The notes under the pieces: generated by a model
The model's database searches: none
Told to the model about the DNA's origin: nothing
What the model saw: the letters and a program-made list of their open reading frames with translations, nothing else
Position numbers and translations under genes: made by a program
Origin: an uncultured Thermoplasmata archaeon
Lineage (GTDB): Archaea > Thermoplasmatota > Thermoplasmata > Thermoplasmatales > Aciduliprofundaceae
Reading direction: 5' to 3'
NCBI GenBank assembly: GCA_964425415.1
Contig: CAYRMJ010000004.1
Span: 8,313 to 32,312 of the forward strand
Length of the DNA stretch: 24,000 nucleotides
Shown here: piece by piece, positions 23,288-24,000 of the stretch
How the letters are laid out: each line of letters starts with the position of its first letter
How positions within the stretch are numbered: position 1 is the first letter of the stretch

Positions 23288-24000
23288 CTTTTTATTTCTT
23301 CCACGCCCACCTCGTATGTTTCTCCGTTAATGTGCATACGATAAATAGTGCCTTTTAGTTTAGTGTTATCCACAGGCTTTAACTCACCTCTCTCTCTAAG
23401 CTCAAAGAACTCCTCTGCAATTTGTGGAAACAGGCAGAATGAAAGAAGGTCTTCGGTGGTTTTGATGTTTTTATTTTTCGCTCTCTCTCTACATTCTTCC
23501 ATCATAGGCTTTAAAATTGCCGCTGGACGAGTTGTAATGGGTTTTTCATCACCTATTGCTATTTTTTGCAACTCTGAATTTATGGGCGCAGGAGCTCTCC
23601 CATACAAACCCCTTATGTAATTTTTCGTCTCATTGGTGATTTTCTTGTATCTCCCGAAAAGCACATTCAAAACCGCCTGCGTACCCACTATTTGCGATGT
23701 TGGTGTCACGAGAGGCGGATAGCCCAAATCCTGCCTGACATTCGGGATCTCTTTTAGCACTTCACCGAGCCTATCCAGAGCATTCATATCCGTGAGCTGA
23801 GAAAGCAAATTTGAAAACATACCTCCGGGTATGTGGTGCCGCAAAACATCAGGATTTACGCGTATCGCCTCATGTCTCAGATATCTTTTGTACTTTGTCT
23901 CAATGAGTTCTCTTAAATAATCTTCAATTTCATACACTAACTCCATATTTATATTTGCTATAACATTCTCTGGAAGTACATAATTTACTATTTGCACTCC
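23284..24000 (-). CDS. Oxaloacetate decarboxylase alpha / pyruvate carboxylase B-type carboxyltransferase, C-terminal part (5' end beyond window)
   Basis: The frame is open to base 24000; the 'M' in the ORF track is an internal GTG. PGGMFSNLLSQL...LGYPPLVTPTSQIVGTQAVLNVLFGRY...GLYGRAPAPI is the conserved carboxylase (PYC_OADA) domain. The protein ends at YRMHINGETYEVGVEEIKS with no biotinyl (A/V)MKM domain. Confidence 0.82.
   Translation of the reverse strand, partial: GVQIVNYVLPENVIANINMELVYEIEDYLRELIETKYKRYLRHEAIRVNPDVLRHHIPGGMFSNLLSQLTDMNALDRLGEVLKEIPNVRQDLGYPPLVTPTSQIVGTQAVLNVLFGRYKKITNETKNYIRGLYGRAPAPINSELQKIAIGDEKPITTRPAAILKPMMEECRERAKNKNIKTTEDLLSFCLFPQIAEEFFELRERGELKPVDNTKLKGTIYRMHINGETYEVGVEEIKS

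Noticed and set aside
1-24000. Search for integrases, transposases, IS inverted repeats or compositional breaks indicating a genomic island.
   Set aside because: No such genes or terminal repeats were seen. Codon and base composition look uniform by eye across the window.

Overview
Compact, AT-rich archaeal (euryarchaeal-type) chromosomal segment. I count about 26 protein-coding genes and see almost no non-coding DNA. I found no rRNA, tRNA, CRISPR array or mobile element. All family assignments come from motif recognition by eye, since no homology search was possible.

Gene content, left to right:
- 3' part of an SplB-like radical SAM gene.
- Hel308 helicase (minus strand).
- An unassigned cytoplasmic beta-propeller protein.
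- A 10-gene minus-strand archaellum cluster (4230-12307): arlJ-I-H-G-F, one arlD/E-type gene and two archaellins. An unassigned 4-TM protein with a C-terminal zinc ribbon sits at the promoter-proximal end.
- A plus-strand run of nine tightly coupled genes. It comprises the tungstate/molybdate ABC transporter wtpABC, moaA, and a five-gene MoxR AAA+ / DUF58 / DUF4129 membrane module.
- A Mut7-C (PIN-like RNase) gene overlapping pelota (minus strand).
- A geranylgeranyl-reductase-family flavoprotein.
- A second small membrane-anchored zinc-ribbon protein.
- The C-terminal part of an OadA/PycB-type carboxyltransferase, which runs off the window.

Regulatory pattern: operon-leading genes have a purine-rich BRE plus a TATA-like box about 23-28 nt upstream of the start codon and no Shine-Dalgarno, suggesting leaderless mRNAs. 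Most internal genes carry GGTG/GGAGG-type Shine-Dalgarno sites and/or stop-start overlaps; I saw none for moaA.

Most interesting candidates:
- the MoxR/DUF58/DUF4129 module
- the zinc-ribbon membrane gene heading the archaellum operon
- the Mut7-C/pelota coupling
- the signal-peptide-less beta-propeller protein
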